From Candidatus Uhrbacteria bacterium RIFCSPLOWO2_01_FULL_47_17 (GTDB lineage: Bacteria > Patescibacteriota > Patescibacteriia > UBA9934 > GWF2-40-263): DNA of 64,000 nt. Numbering within the stretch: position 1 is the first letter of the stretch; each line of letters starts with the position of its first letter. Positions 16,795 to 25,581 of this stretch are shown in pieces. Position numbers and translations under genes: made by a program. The notes below the pieces were generated by a model. That model was not told the DNA's origin. It searched no databases and saw only the letters and a program-made list of their open reading frames with translations. The stretch lies in NCBI GenBank assembly GCA_001791305.1, contig MGEI01000003.1:112872-176871 (forward strand), given 5' to 3'.

Positions 16795-19557
16795 ATGAGT
16801 AAATTTTTGAATATTCTCTTTGGGGATCCAAACAAGAAAGTGATTGCGGATCTTCGAGCAGAAGTGGAACACATCAACAAACTCGAGCCTGAAATCAGCA
16901 TGCTGTCTGATGAGGCTTTGAAACACAAAACCATTGAGTTTCGTGAGATGATTGCACAAGGGAGAAGCGTTGACAGTCTTTTGTATGAAGCGTTTGCGGT
17001 GGTTCGAGAAGCCTCGAAAAGAACGCTTGGCCAACGACACTTTGATGTCCAGCTCATGGGTGGAATTGTTTTGTATCGCGGTATGATTGCCGAAATGCGT
17101 ACAGGTGAAGGAAAGACACTGACCTCCACGCTCGCGCTTTATGTAAACGCCCTCGAAGGCAAAGGGTGTCACCTTGTTACGGTCAACGATTATCTTGCTC
17201 GTCGTGACGCTGTCTGGATGGGGCAGATTTTTCATTTTCTTGGAATGAGTGTTGGGGTCATTCAACATGAGGGAGGATTGGTTTATGATCCAACCTTTAA
17301 ACATCCAGAACCAGAGCCTCTAAATCCTGATGCAATTTTAATTGAGTCTTTTAAAGTCCGTGAGGATTATTTGCGTCCAACGGATCGACGCTCCGCATAT
17401 GCAGCCGACATCACCTACGGAACCAACAACCAGTACGGATTCGATTATTTGCGAGACAACATGGCACCAACGCTGAACGAAATGGTCATGCGCGGACTCC
17501 ATTTTGCGATTGTGGATGAAATCGATTCGATTTTGATTGATGAAGCGCGCACCCCACTCATTATTTCTGCGCCGGCAGAAAAATCGAATGAACTGTATGT
17601 GCGATTTGCAACAATTGTCGCAGGTCTTACGGAAAAAGAAGATTATAACGTTGATGAGAAGCTCAGAACCGCTGCATATACAGATGCAGGTGTAGAAAAA
17701 ATTGAAAAAGCATTAGGAATCGAAAATTTATACGCAGGCGGATCTGGTGTGATGTTCCAGCGCTTTGCGGATTCTGCCCTTCGAGCTCGCGCTAACTATC
17801 AAAAAGATGTTCACTATGTTGTGCAGAGGAATGAAGTGTTGATTGTGGATGAGTTTACTGGTCGATTGATGGAAGGTCGCCGCTTCTCAGAAGGAATTCA
17901 CCAAGCGATTGAAGCAAAAGAAGGCGTCACCATTCAAAATGAAAGTCAGACGCTTGCTACCATCACTTTTCAAAATTATTTCCGCATGTATTCAAAGTTG
18001 TCCGGAATGACCGGAACGGCTGCAACCGAGGCGGAAGAATTTTCCAAAATCTATAAGCTCGAGGTCACAGAGATTCCAACCAATTTATCCGTCGCGCGAA
18101 AAGATTTACCGGATCGCGTGTTTAAGTCTGAGCTCGGGAAGTTTGAGGCGGTTATTCGTGAAATAAAAGAGAAGCAATGGCTCGGGCAACCTGTGCTTGT
18201 AGGAACCGCATCGGTCGAGAAGAATGAGCTCCTCTCAGAATTGCTCACACGTTCTGGAGTGAAGCATGAAATTTTAAACGCAAAGAACCACGCACGAGAA
18301 GGAGAAATTATTGCGCAGGCCGGTCGAATTGGATCGGTTACCGTAGCAACAAACATGGCGGGTCGTGGTGTGGACATTAAACTTGGAGGAAATCCCGGAA
18401 CAAAAGAAGACGAAGCTCGTGTTCGTGAACTTGGTGGATTACACGTGCTTGGTACAGAACGCCACGAGTCTCGACGAATTGACAACCAGTTGCGTGGACG
18501 TTCCGGTCGACAAGGTGATCCTGGTTCTACACAATTTTATATTTCCATGGAAGATGACTTGATGCGCATTTTTGGTTCAGATCGCGCAAAAGGCATGATG
18601 GACAAACTTGGCATTCCAGATGACATGCCAATTGAAAATGGACTGATTACCAGTTCGATCGAGAAAGCCCAGGTTCGCGTTGAGGGTCACAACTTTGATC
18701 TTCGTAAGCACTTGCTTGAGTACGATGATGTCTTGAACAAGCATCGCGAGGTTATTTATAGTCGACGACTTGAGGTTCTTGATGCATTTACAAAAGAACC
18801 AGAAACGTTGAAAGAGCGTATTCTTGATATTGTTGAGGGAGAAATCGAACAGGTTGTGTTATTTCATACAGGGGAGAAAGTTGTGTCGCCAATCCATCAA
18901 GCAGAAGGGGCGGAAAATGTTGGAGCGGGGGATTGGAACATGAAAGAAATTATTGAGACAGTGAACTCAATCGTGACTCTTGATCAGGAATCAACATCGA
19001 AACTTGAGTCAATCACCATTGAAAATTCTCGCGATAAACAGAACGTTGCTGAAACACGTACACGCATGATTGAAACAATCATGGCCGTTGTGCGTGATGA
19101 ATACCGAAAGATTCATGATCTCTTTGAAGTCAAAATGGATGTTTATCACATTGAACGCGCAACACTTATTCGCGCCATCGACATGCTTTGGATTGAGCAT
19201 TTGTCCGCTATGACGTCTCTTCGTACAGGAATCGGCCTGCGAGGCTACGGCCAGCGCGATCCGCTCATCGAGTATAAGCGCGAAGGATACGACATGTTCC
19301 AACAACTCCTCGCCGCCATCAACCAAGACGTTACATTCTCATTCTTCAGATTCGCACACCACGCCGTGGACATGAAAGTCCAAGCGCAGTTAAACGATTC
19401 GCTTTTGAGTCGCGCAGGCGTTCAACTTGCGGGTGCCTCGACGACGAGCACGGAACACACTTCGATCGCAAGTAAATCGACGGGCGAGAAAGTCGGAAGA
19501 AATGATCCGTGCCCGTGCGGAAGCGGAAAGAAGTATAAGAAGTGCCACGGAGGATAG
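16795..19557 (+). CDS. secA: Preprotein translocase ATPase SecA
   Basis: 920 aa. Walker A (MRTGEGKT), DEAD-like motor domains, and C-terminal zinc-binding CPCGSGKKYKKCHG. Confidence 0.95.
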   Translation: MSKFLNILFGDPNKKVIADLRAEVEHINKLEPEISMLSDEALKHKTIEFREMIAQGRSVDSLLYEAFAVVREASKRTLGQRHFDVQLMGGIVLYRGMIAEMRTGEGKTLTSTLALYVNALEGKGCHLVTVNDYLARRDAVWMGQIFHFLGMSVGVIQHEGGLVYDPTFKHPEPEPLNPDAILIESFKVREDYLRPTDRRSAYAADITYGTNNQYGFDYLRDNMAPTLNEMVMRGLHFAIVDEIDSILIDEARTPLIISAPAEKSNELYVRFATIVAGLTEKEDYNVDEKLRTAAYTDAGVEKIEKALGIENLYAGGSGVMFQRFADSALRARANYQKDVHYVVQRNEVLIVDEFTGRLMEGRRFSEGIHQAIEAKEGVTIQNESQTLATITFQNYFRMYSKLSGMTGTAATEAEEFSKIYKLEVTEIPTNLSVARKDLPDRVFKSELGKFEAVIREIKEKQWLGQPVLVGTASVEKNELLSELLTRSGVKHEILNAKNHAREGEIIAQAGRIGSVTVATNMAGRGVDIKLGGNPGTKEDEARVRELGGLHVLGTERHESRRIDNQLRGRSGRQGDPGSTQFYISMEDDLMRIFGSDRAKGMMDKLGIPDDMPIENGLITSSIEKAQVRVEGHNFDLRKHLLEYDDVLNKHREVIYSRRLEVLDAFTKEPETLKERILDIVEGEIEQVVLFHTGEKVVSPIHQAEGAENVGAGDWNMKEIIETVNSIVTLDQESTSKLESITIENSRDKQNVAETRTRMIETIMAVVRDEYRKIHDLFEVKMDVYHIERATLIRAIDMLWIEHLSAMTSLRTGIGLRGYGQRDPLIEYKREGYDMFQQLLAAINQDVTFSFFRFAHHAVDMKVQAQLNDSLLSRAGVQLAGASTTSTEHTSIASKSTGEKVGRNDPCPCGSGKKYKKCHGG

Positions 19558-19591
19558 AAATAAACAACACTCATTCAATAATCTTTTTTCT

Positions 19592-19756
19592 ATGACCTGT
19601 CCAAAATCTGGCTGTGGGTACGAAATGTCCGTTCAGAGTAGAGATTCTTCAACGGATTCAAACGGAAAGCCAATCGAGCGTGTGAAATACACGTGTTCTT
19701 ATGACAAGACACGCGTTGTTGCCGAAATTCCAAAAGACGAAGAAGCGTCATCGTAA
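19592..19756 (+). CDS. Putative small zinc-ribbon-like protein
   Basis: 54 aa (MTCPKSGCGY...YTCSYDKT). No SD, so the call rests only on the ORF and its Cys pattern. Confidence 0.25.
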   Translation: MTCPKSGCGYEMSVQSRDSSTDSNGKPIERVKYTCSYDKTRVVAEIPKDEEASS

Positions 19757-19759
19757 AGT

Positions 19760-20029
19760 ATGACCGAATCAGAATGGATCGTTGAATTGCAAAACAATGG
19801 GTATAACAACCTGTTGTTTTGGGATGCGATTCCATTCGAACGCGATGATGAACATGCCCATGACAGAGATCACAAGATGATTATTTTTTCTGGTGATGTT
19901 GAAGTCACGATTGGATACGAAACGGTTCACCTTGGCGCGCATGACTACTTTGAGATTCCACGAGGCACGAATCATATGGCCGTTGTTGGCGCGGAAGGAT
20001 GCAGATATCTCATTGCCGAACGGCTATAA
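19760..20029 (+). CDS. Cupin domain protein
   Basis: 89 aa. Small cupin barrel with metal-ligand His residues (HAHDRDH...H). Confidence 0.6.
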   Translation: MTESEWIVELQNNGYNNLLFWDAIPFERDDEHAHDRDHKMIIFSGDVEVTIGYETVHLGAHDYFEIPRGTNHMAVVGAEGCRYLIAERL

Positions 20030-20086
20030 TCCCACTTCGCTCGGTGCGAGCTACGAGGGATGATTTCGTCGAACGAAATCAAAAAA

Positions 20087-20112
20087 AACCGTTCACAGAG
20101 TGTGAAACGGTT
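20087..20112. terminator. Bidirectional terminator hairpin (A8-AACCGTTCACA-gag-TGTGAAACGGTT) between the cupin gene (+) and the HAD gene (-)
   Basis: Imperfect 11 bp stem. The A-run gives a U-run for the minus-strand transcript. Overlaps the HAD stop. Confidence 0.6.
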
Positions 20113-20749
20113 AGACGAATGCTTGGAGTTCCTCGAGTGAGGTGATGTGCTTGTGCACGTGTTCCGGAAAGAACGGTCTGTGAGATTGATCTTCTTCTGG
20201 GAACCATACCGTCGCCCAACCGAGTTGGTGGGGGACGACGAGGTTTTCTTCCCAGTCTTCAACCATGACAACACGATGTCCCTCTGCAATGCGCTGATAA
20301 CTCAGCGCATTTGGTTTTGCATGGAACACATCCGTACGCAATCCAAGGATCGCGTCAAAGAAGTGATGAATACCAAGCTTCTTTAAAAGGGCATGCGCAA
20401 ACGATTCCGGAGAGTTCGTCAGCACAATCTTTTTCCCCGGAAGATGCTGAATGCTCTGCGCTCCCGCTCGTAGCTCCACAACAAGGTTTCCGAGAATGGG
20501 CAAGTGTGTTTCTTCGATCACTTCTTCAAAGTCAAGCCGGAACTCATGAATGTAAGCGATCGTTGTCTGACGAGTCTGCCATTTTACTCGAAGCAGATCT
20601 TGTTCTGTTCGGTCGAAACGAACGGGGTGGCCGAGTCCATGAAGGTATCTCACCATTTCCTTTTCAATTTCGCCCCAAACATGATCAACGCCCGAATAGA
20701 GCGTGCCGTCCATATCGAAGACCCAAAGCATGTCCTGTTTGTCTTTCAT
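20111..20749 (-). CDS. HAD-superfamily hydrolase (pyrimidine 5'-nucleotidase-like)
   Basis: Start at MKDKQDMLWVFDMDGTLY (HAD motif I DxDGT) with SD GGAGG, giving 212 aa. The ORF-track start is a TTG further upstream. Confidence 0.7.
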   Translation of the reverse strand: MKDKQDMLWVFDMDGTLYSGVDHVWGEIEKEMVRYLHGLGHPVRFDRTEQDLLRVKWQTRQTTIAYIHEFRLDFEEVIEETHLPILGNLVVELRAGAQSIQHLPGKKIVLTNSPESFAHALLKKLGIHHFFDAILGLRTDVFHAKPNALSYQRIAEGHRVVMVEDWEENLVVPHQLGWATVWFPEEDQSHRPFFPEHVHKHITSLEELQAFV

Positions 20750-20906
20750 GATTTTGCCTCCTTCATGCAGACTGTTGAAAATACCTGAAAACTTCAGAAA
20801 AGTCAATATCTTTGCTTTTGACCTTGAAACTTGTCCACTTGCGTTTGATTCCAAAATCCCTTATTATCCTTGCGATTATTAAGCGGCAGGATGTCGCACA
20901 TAACGT

Positions 20907-22979
20907 ATGCAAACTTGGAAAACAAAACGGAAGTCACAGAATGCACAGAAAATTCATAAGCCATGGAAAGCACGTGTTGCTGCCATCATTTTTCTCCTTG
21001 CGACGGTTGTCGTAGGATTTTATGATTTTCCACAGGCTTGGAATCAAACAGCTGGATTTTTAAAAGATAAAGTTCATGTTTCTTTGCCAACACTGAATGA
21101 ACACGCGTATCGTCTTGGACTTGATTTGCAAGGCGGAACACACCTTGTGTATGAAGCCGACATGAAAGAGATTCCAGAAGCTGATCGTGCGGATGCCCTT
21201 GCGGGTGTGCGTGATGTCATTGAACGTCGCGTGAACGCATTCGGAGTTTCGGAACCGCTTGTGCAAACCACCTCAACAGGTGGGGCGTATCGTGTGGTTG
21301 TGGAACTCGCGGGTGTTTTAGATGTCTCAGAAGCGATTCAACAAATTGGTGAAACGCCTGTCCTTGAGTTTAAGGAACAGGGTTCTGAACTTGATACCAA
21401 ACCAACACCAGCGGATGACAAAAAACTCGTAGAGTTACAAAAAGCAGATCGTGCGGCTGCACAAGCCGTGTTGCTTCGTGCACAAAAAGGAGAAAACTTC
21501 GACGAGCTTGTTGAAGAGTTCAGCATTGAATCAACAAAAGCAGAAACAAAAGGAATGATTTTAAAAATGACCGCAGAATCTACGCAGTATCCAGCCATTG
21601 CAAAAGCTGTCACGCAATACAACCCAAAACCTGGAACCGTTTTTTGGAAAACGGTTGAGCAAGGCAGTTCCATGGAGATTTTTAAAGTGACAGAGAAGAC
21701 AACCGCAAATAACATGCGTCTTTCACACATCCTGATTTGTTTTGAAGGAAAACAAGGATGTTCAAAAGAAACAACCGCGATGGAAGCAAATATTCAGATC
21801 TCAAAATTGAAAAAAGAAGCAACCCCACAAAACTTCAGTGATCTTGCAAAAGCAAATTCAACAGATCCAAGCGCGGCAACAAATGGGGGAGATCTTGGCT
21901 TCGCAACCTCAAATAAATACGTTCCAGCATTCGCTCTTGCCGCGGAAACTCTTGAGGTTGGAAAAATTTCCGACGTTGTTGAAACAGATTTTGGATATCA
22001 CTTGATTTATAAGCAAGATCAAACTGCTATTCCAGCTTACAATGTTCAGCACATCACCATGAAGCTTTCCAGCATGACAGATGTTTTGCCTCCTGCTTCT
22101 CCTTGGAAAAACACAGGTCTTTCTGGAAAGCAGTTAAAAAATGCGGTCGTTGAATTTGATCAAAATTCAGGAAACCCACATGTTTCTATTGCCTTTGATA
22201 ATGAAGGGGGAGAATTGTTTGGGAAATTAACAGCAGCAAACATCGGGAAGCCTATTGCCATTTTCTTGGATGGAACAGCCATCTCAACGCCTGTTGTGCA
22301 AGCGGCAATTTATGGTGGAACAGCCGTCATTACAGGTAACTTCGATTTGGATGAAGCAAAAATTCTTGCACAACGTTTGAATGCAGGTGCGCTTCCTGTT
22401 CCTGTCACATTGCTTTCTCAACAGACGATTGGTCCGACCCTTGGAGCATTGTCTTTGCAAAAAAGCATCATTGCGGCTCTCATTGGATTCGCCCTTGTTG
22501 CTGGGTACATGATTGCCTATTACCGCCTTGCAGGATTGTTTTCCGTCATCGCCCTTATTTTGTACGCGTTTTTGAACTTGGTGGTTTATCGCGTTTTTGA
22601 CGTGACCATTACGCTTTCCGGAATCGCTGGATTCATCTTGTCTCTTGGAATGGCTGTGGACGCAAACGTGCTCATTATTGAGCGTATGAAAGAAGAGATC
22701 GCGTCCGGCAGAGATTTACTTTCATCGATTCATGAAGGATTTGCTCGCGCATGGCCGGCCATTCGGGACGGAAACGTTTCCACACTTGTGGTTGCGCTTG
22801 TCCTTTATGTGTTCAGCGCAAGCTTCATCAAAGGATTTGCCCTCATGCTTGGAATCGGTGTGGTCATCAGTTTGTTTACTGCAATTACCGCAACACGTAT
22901 TTACATGATCACCGCATTTCCAAAACAGGCAGTAAAAATGTCTTGGTTGTCCGGTCTCCCTAAATCAAAAAAAGTATGA
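20907..22979 (+). CDS. secD: Protein translocase subunit SecD with an embedded parvulin (PpiC-type) peptidyl-prolyl isomerase domain in the periplasmic P1 region
   Basis: 690 aa. N-terminal TM helix. Parvulin signature LSHILICFEG...GGDLGF...DFGYHLIYK at about residues 270-370. Then canonical SecD P1 base (IAIFLDGTAISTPVVQAAIYGGTAVITGNF) and a C-terminal 6-TM bundle. Confidence 0.8.
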   Translation: MQTWKTKRKSQNAQKIHKPWKARVAAIIFLLATVVVGFYDFPQAWNQTAGFLKDKVHVSLPTLNEHAYRLGLDLQGGTHLVYEADMKEIPEADRADALAGVRDVIERRVNAFGVSEPLVQTTSTGGAYRVVVELAGVLDVSEAIQQIGETPVLEFKEQGSELDTKPTPADDKKLVELQKADRAAAQAVLLRAQKGENFDELVEEFSIESTKAETKGMILKMTAESTQYPAIAKAVTQYNPKPGTVFWKTVEQGSSMEIFKVTEKTTANNMRLSHILICFEGKQGCSKETTAMEANIQISKLKKEATPQNFSDLAKANSTDPSAATNGGDLGFATSNKYVPAFALAAETLEVGKISDVVETDFGYHLIYKQDQTAIPAYNVQHITMKLSSMTDVLPPASPWKNTGLSGKQLKNAVVEFDQNSGNPHVSIAFDNEGGELFGKLTAANIGKPIAIFLDGTAISTPVVQAAIYGGTAVITGNFDLDEAKILAQRLNAGALPVPVTLLSQQTIGPTLGALSLQKSIIAALIGFALVAGYMIAYYRLAGLFSVIALILYAFLNLVVYRVFDVTITLSGIAGFILSLGMAVDANVLIIERMKEEIASGRDLLSSIHEGFARAWPAIRDGNVSTLVVALVLYVFSASFIKGFALMLGIGVVISLFTAITATRIYMITAFPKQAVKMSWLSGLPKSKKV

Positions 22980-23863
22980 AATTAAACATTGTTAAACATC
23001 GCAAAGGCTGGTACATCGTTTCGGCAGTTTTGATGGCTGTGAGTCTTCTTGCCCTCATTGGGTTCGGACTCAAACCTGGAATTGATTTTACGGGCGGAGC
23101 GTTGCTTGAGGTCGCCATTGAATCAAAACCCTCTCACGGACAACTTCAAGAAACTCTTGCAGCATCTGGTCACAAGGAAGCGATTGTCCAAGTTTCAAAC
23201 GACAGCGTTCTTGTTCGAACGGTTCCGCTCACAGAGGAACAACACCAAAATATTCTTGCGTCTTTTGAAAAAGCATTTGGAAAGACCACGGAACTTAAAT
23301 TTGATTCGATTGGCCCCGTGATTGGAAATGAACTGCGTCGCACGGCGTTCCTGGCGATTTTCGCAAGTTTGGTTCTGATCGGTGCGTACATTTCCTGGGC
23401 GTTTCGCGGGGCAGGAGATTTTATTTCCTCAAAAAAAATCGCCTTGCTTACCGTCATTAAAACCGTGCACGATGTTTTTATCTCCGTCGGTGCATACGCC
23501 ATTTTAGGATATTTCTTCGGCTACGAAATGGACACCGCGTTTGTTGCAGCCACACTGACCATTCTCGGATATTCCATCAATGATGGTGTCGTGGTTCTTG
23601 ATCGCACACGCGAAAATCTTAAGAAGAGAATTTCATCTCACTTAAGCGAGGTTGTGGATGTTTCCATTGAACAAACGCTCGCGCGTTCCATCAACACATC
23701 TGTGACGGTGTTTCTCGCCCTCCTTGCCGTCTTCCTTTTTGGAGGAGAAACCACACGACCGTTTGCTATGTTACTTTTGATCGGTGTCGCCGTCGGAACA
23801 TACTCATCCGTGTTCATCGCCTCGCCCGCGCTTGTCACCCTTGAGAAGTGGGGAAAGAAATAA
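22976..23863 (+). CDS. secF: Protein translocase subunit SecF
   Basis: 295 aa. SecF fold (IDFTGGALLEV..., 6 TM helices). Start overlaps the secD stop. Confidence 0.85.
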   Translation: MKLNIVKHRKGWYIVSAVLMAVSLLALIGFGLKPGIDFTGGALLEVAIESKPSHGQLQETLAASGHKEAIVQVSNDSVLVRTVPLTEEQHQNILASFEKAFGKTTELKFDSIGPVIGNELRRTAFLAIFASLVLIGAYISWAFRGAGDFISSKKIALLTVIKTVHDVFISVGAYAILGYFFGYEMDTAFVAATLTILGYSINDGVVVLDRTRENLKKRISSHLSEVVDVSIEQTLARSINTSVTVFLALLAVFLFGGETTRPFAMLLLIGVAVGTYSSVFIASPALVTLEKWGKK

Positions 23864-23867
23864 GATG

Positions 23868-23899
23868 AAAGAGAATCTGAAAAGATTCTCTTTTGTTTT
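23868..23899 (+). terminator. Rho-independent terminator (AGAGAATC-tgaaaa-GATTCTCT-TTTGTTTT) after secF
   Basis: 8 bp stem plus a T-run. Confidence 0.7.
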
Positions 23900-23934
23900 G
23901 ATACGGAATATTTTCTGCTATACTGTATGCATCT

Positions 23935-25566
23935 ATGTTACCCTTGCTTGCGATTCAGATCATCCAAGAATCCGCGCAATCATCTGCTTCGTTGATTCCA
24001 CTCGATTTCTTCAATCAACCGATTGATGTGATTTTTTTTAATCTGTTGTTGTGGTTTGGATGGATCCCTGTTCTCACAACACTTTTGTGGGGATTTTCAG
24101 AGCTGTGGCTCATGGAACGTCAAGCAGAGTTTGCCGCAAAGCAAAAATATATTTGTCTTGCGGTGGATGTTCCGTCCATGACAGAACAAACACCAAAGGC
24201 GCTCGAAAACTTATTTTCCGTTTTATACGCGGCAAAATCAACCCCAACGTTTAAAGAAAAGTGGTTCGATGGCAAATTCATGCCAACGTTTTCTTTTGAG
24301 ATTGTTTCAGAAGAAGGCTACATGCAATTTATTATCCGCACACAGGCAAAGTTTCGAGATGTGATTGAAGCTGGAATTTACGCGCAGTATCCAGATGCAG
24401 AGTTGAATGAGGTTGATGACTATGTCACAAAAATCCCAAAAATCTTTCCTGATGAGAAATATGACATGTGGGGCGCAGAGTTCACGCTCGACAAGCCCTC
24501 GCATTTTCCCATTCGTACTTACGTTGACTTTGAAGACCAAATGACGGGAGAAATTAAAGATCCGCTCGGTTACACCTTGGAACAGATGTCCAAAATGAAA
24601 CCCGGTGAGCATTTTTGGTTTCAACTTGTCATTCAGCCTACGGGAAATGAGTGGAAAAAAGCAGGAATTACACACGTGAACAAAACATTCGGTGTGGAAG
24701 AAAAAGCGGCAGCGAAAAGCGATATTGCGGCGGCAGCAGGAACCATGTTTAAACTTCCGTTTGAATTGATTGAACACGCAACTGCTGTAGATCTTGCGCC
24801 TATTTTTGGCATGGCCTCTGCAGAAAAAAAAGTAGAAGATCCATGGAAAGCCTTCAAGCTTGGCCCTGCTCAGCAAGATGAAGCAAAAGCGATCATGCGA
24901 AAAACCATTAAGGTTGGACATGCGGTAAAAATTCGTATTGTGTATTGTGCACAGAAACCTGTGTACAAGAAAGGGGATCGCGTGACCATGATTAAAGGTA
25001 TTTTGAATCAGTACTCTCATTTGAATTTGAATTCGTTCAAGATGCATGCCGCATCTGTTCCAAAAGACGATTATTTTTGGCAGAAATGGGATTATGAGAA
25101 AAAACAAGGCACTCTCATGAAGGCGTATCAAGGGCGTAGCTGGGGAATCGGGGCGAACCCCGTTTACTTGAACGCAGAAGAACTTGCAACGCTTTGGCAC
25201 TTTCCAACCATTAGCATTAAAGCGCCGCTCATCAAAAAAGCAGAAGCTCGTCGCGCAGAACCTCCTGTTGGACTTCCTATTACATTTCTCGAAAACACAT
25301 TGCCTGGTGTTGGCGATAATGAATTTCCGCTTCCGGGTGGAATGCCCATGGAACATCATGAGTCCGCGGAGTCGCGTGAGGCAGGAACGTTTGCAAACGT
25401 GAAAGAACCACTCCCAGAAACATTGCCACACCTGAAAGCACCAACAGACCAAGAGCATGAAGATACAGGTGAGGCACTCCTTCCAAAGAGTCGATTTATG
25501 AATGACACATCTCCCGCAGATGCGTCCGACGAAGATTTATTTACTCCACCCGATTTGCCAGTTTGA
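23935..25566 (+). CDS. Hypothetical membrane-anchored protein (two N-terminal TM helices plus a large soluble domain), paired with the downstream coupling-protein-like ATPase
   Basis: 543 aa. TM segments near residues 30-60. No recognisable catalytic motif. Acidic C-terminal tail. Putative promoter and short leader upstream. Confidence 0.5.
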   Translation: MLPLLAIQIIQESAQSSASLIPLDFFNQPIDVIFFNLLLWFGWIPVLTTLLWGFSELWLMERQAEFAAKQKYICLAVDVPSMTEQTPKALENLFSVLYAAKSTPTFKEKWFDGKFMPTFSFEIVSEEGYMQFIIRTQAKFRDVIEAGIYAQYPDAELNEVDDYVTKIPKIFPDEKYDMWGAEFTLDKPSHFPIRTYVDFEDQMTGEIKDPLGYTLEQMSKMKPGEHFWFQLVIQPTGNEWKKAGITHVNKTFGVEEKAAAKSDIAAAAGTMFKLPFELIEHATAVDLAPIFGMASAEKKVEDPWKAFKLGPAQQDEAKAIMRKTIKVGHAVKIRIVYCAQKPVYKKGDRVTMIKGILNQYSHLNLNSFKMHAASVPKDDYFWQKWDYEKKQGTLMKAYQGRSWGIGANPVYLNAEELATLWHFPTISIKAPLIKKAEARRAEPPVGLPITFLENTLPGVGDNEFPLPGGMPMEHHESAESREAGTFANVKEPLPETLPHLKAPTDQEHEDTGEALLPKSRFMNDTSPADASDEDLFTPPDLPV

Positions 25567-25581
25567 TCCTTACTTTCCGCT

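Noticed and set aside
9725-20075. Shared decamer-scale similarity (CTTCGCTCGG ... GGATGA ... CTACG) between the murC leader and the cupin/HAD intergenic region
   Set aside because: Matches of 10-11 nt are expected by chance hundreds of times in 64 kb. No extended colinear alignment exists, so it is not evidence of a repeat family.
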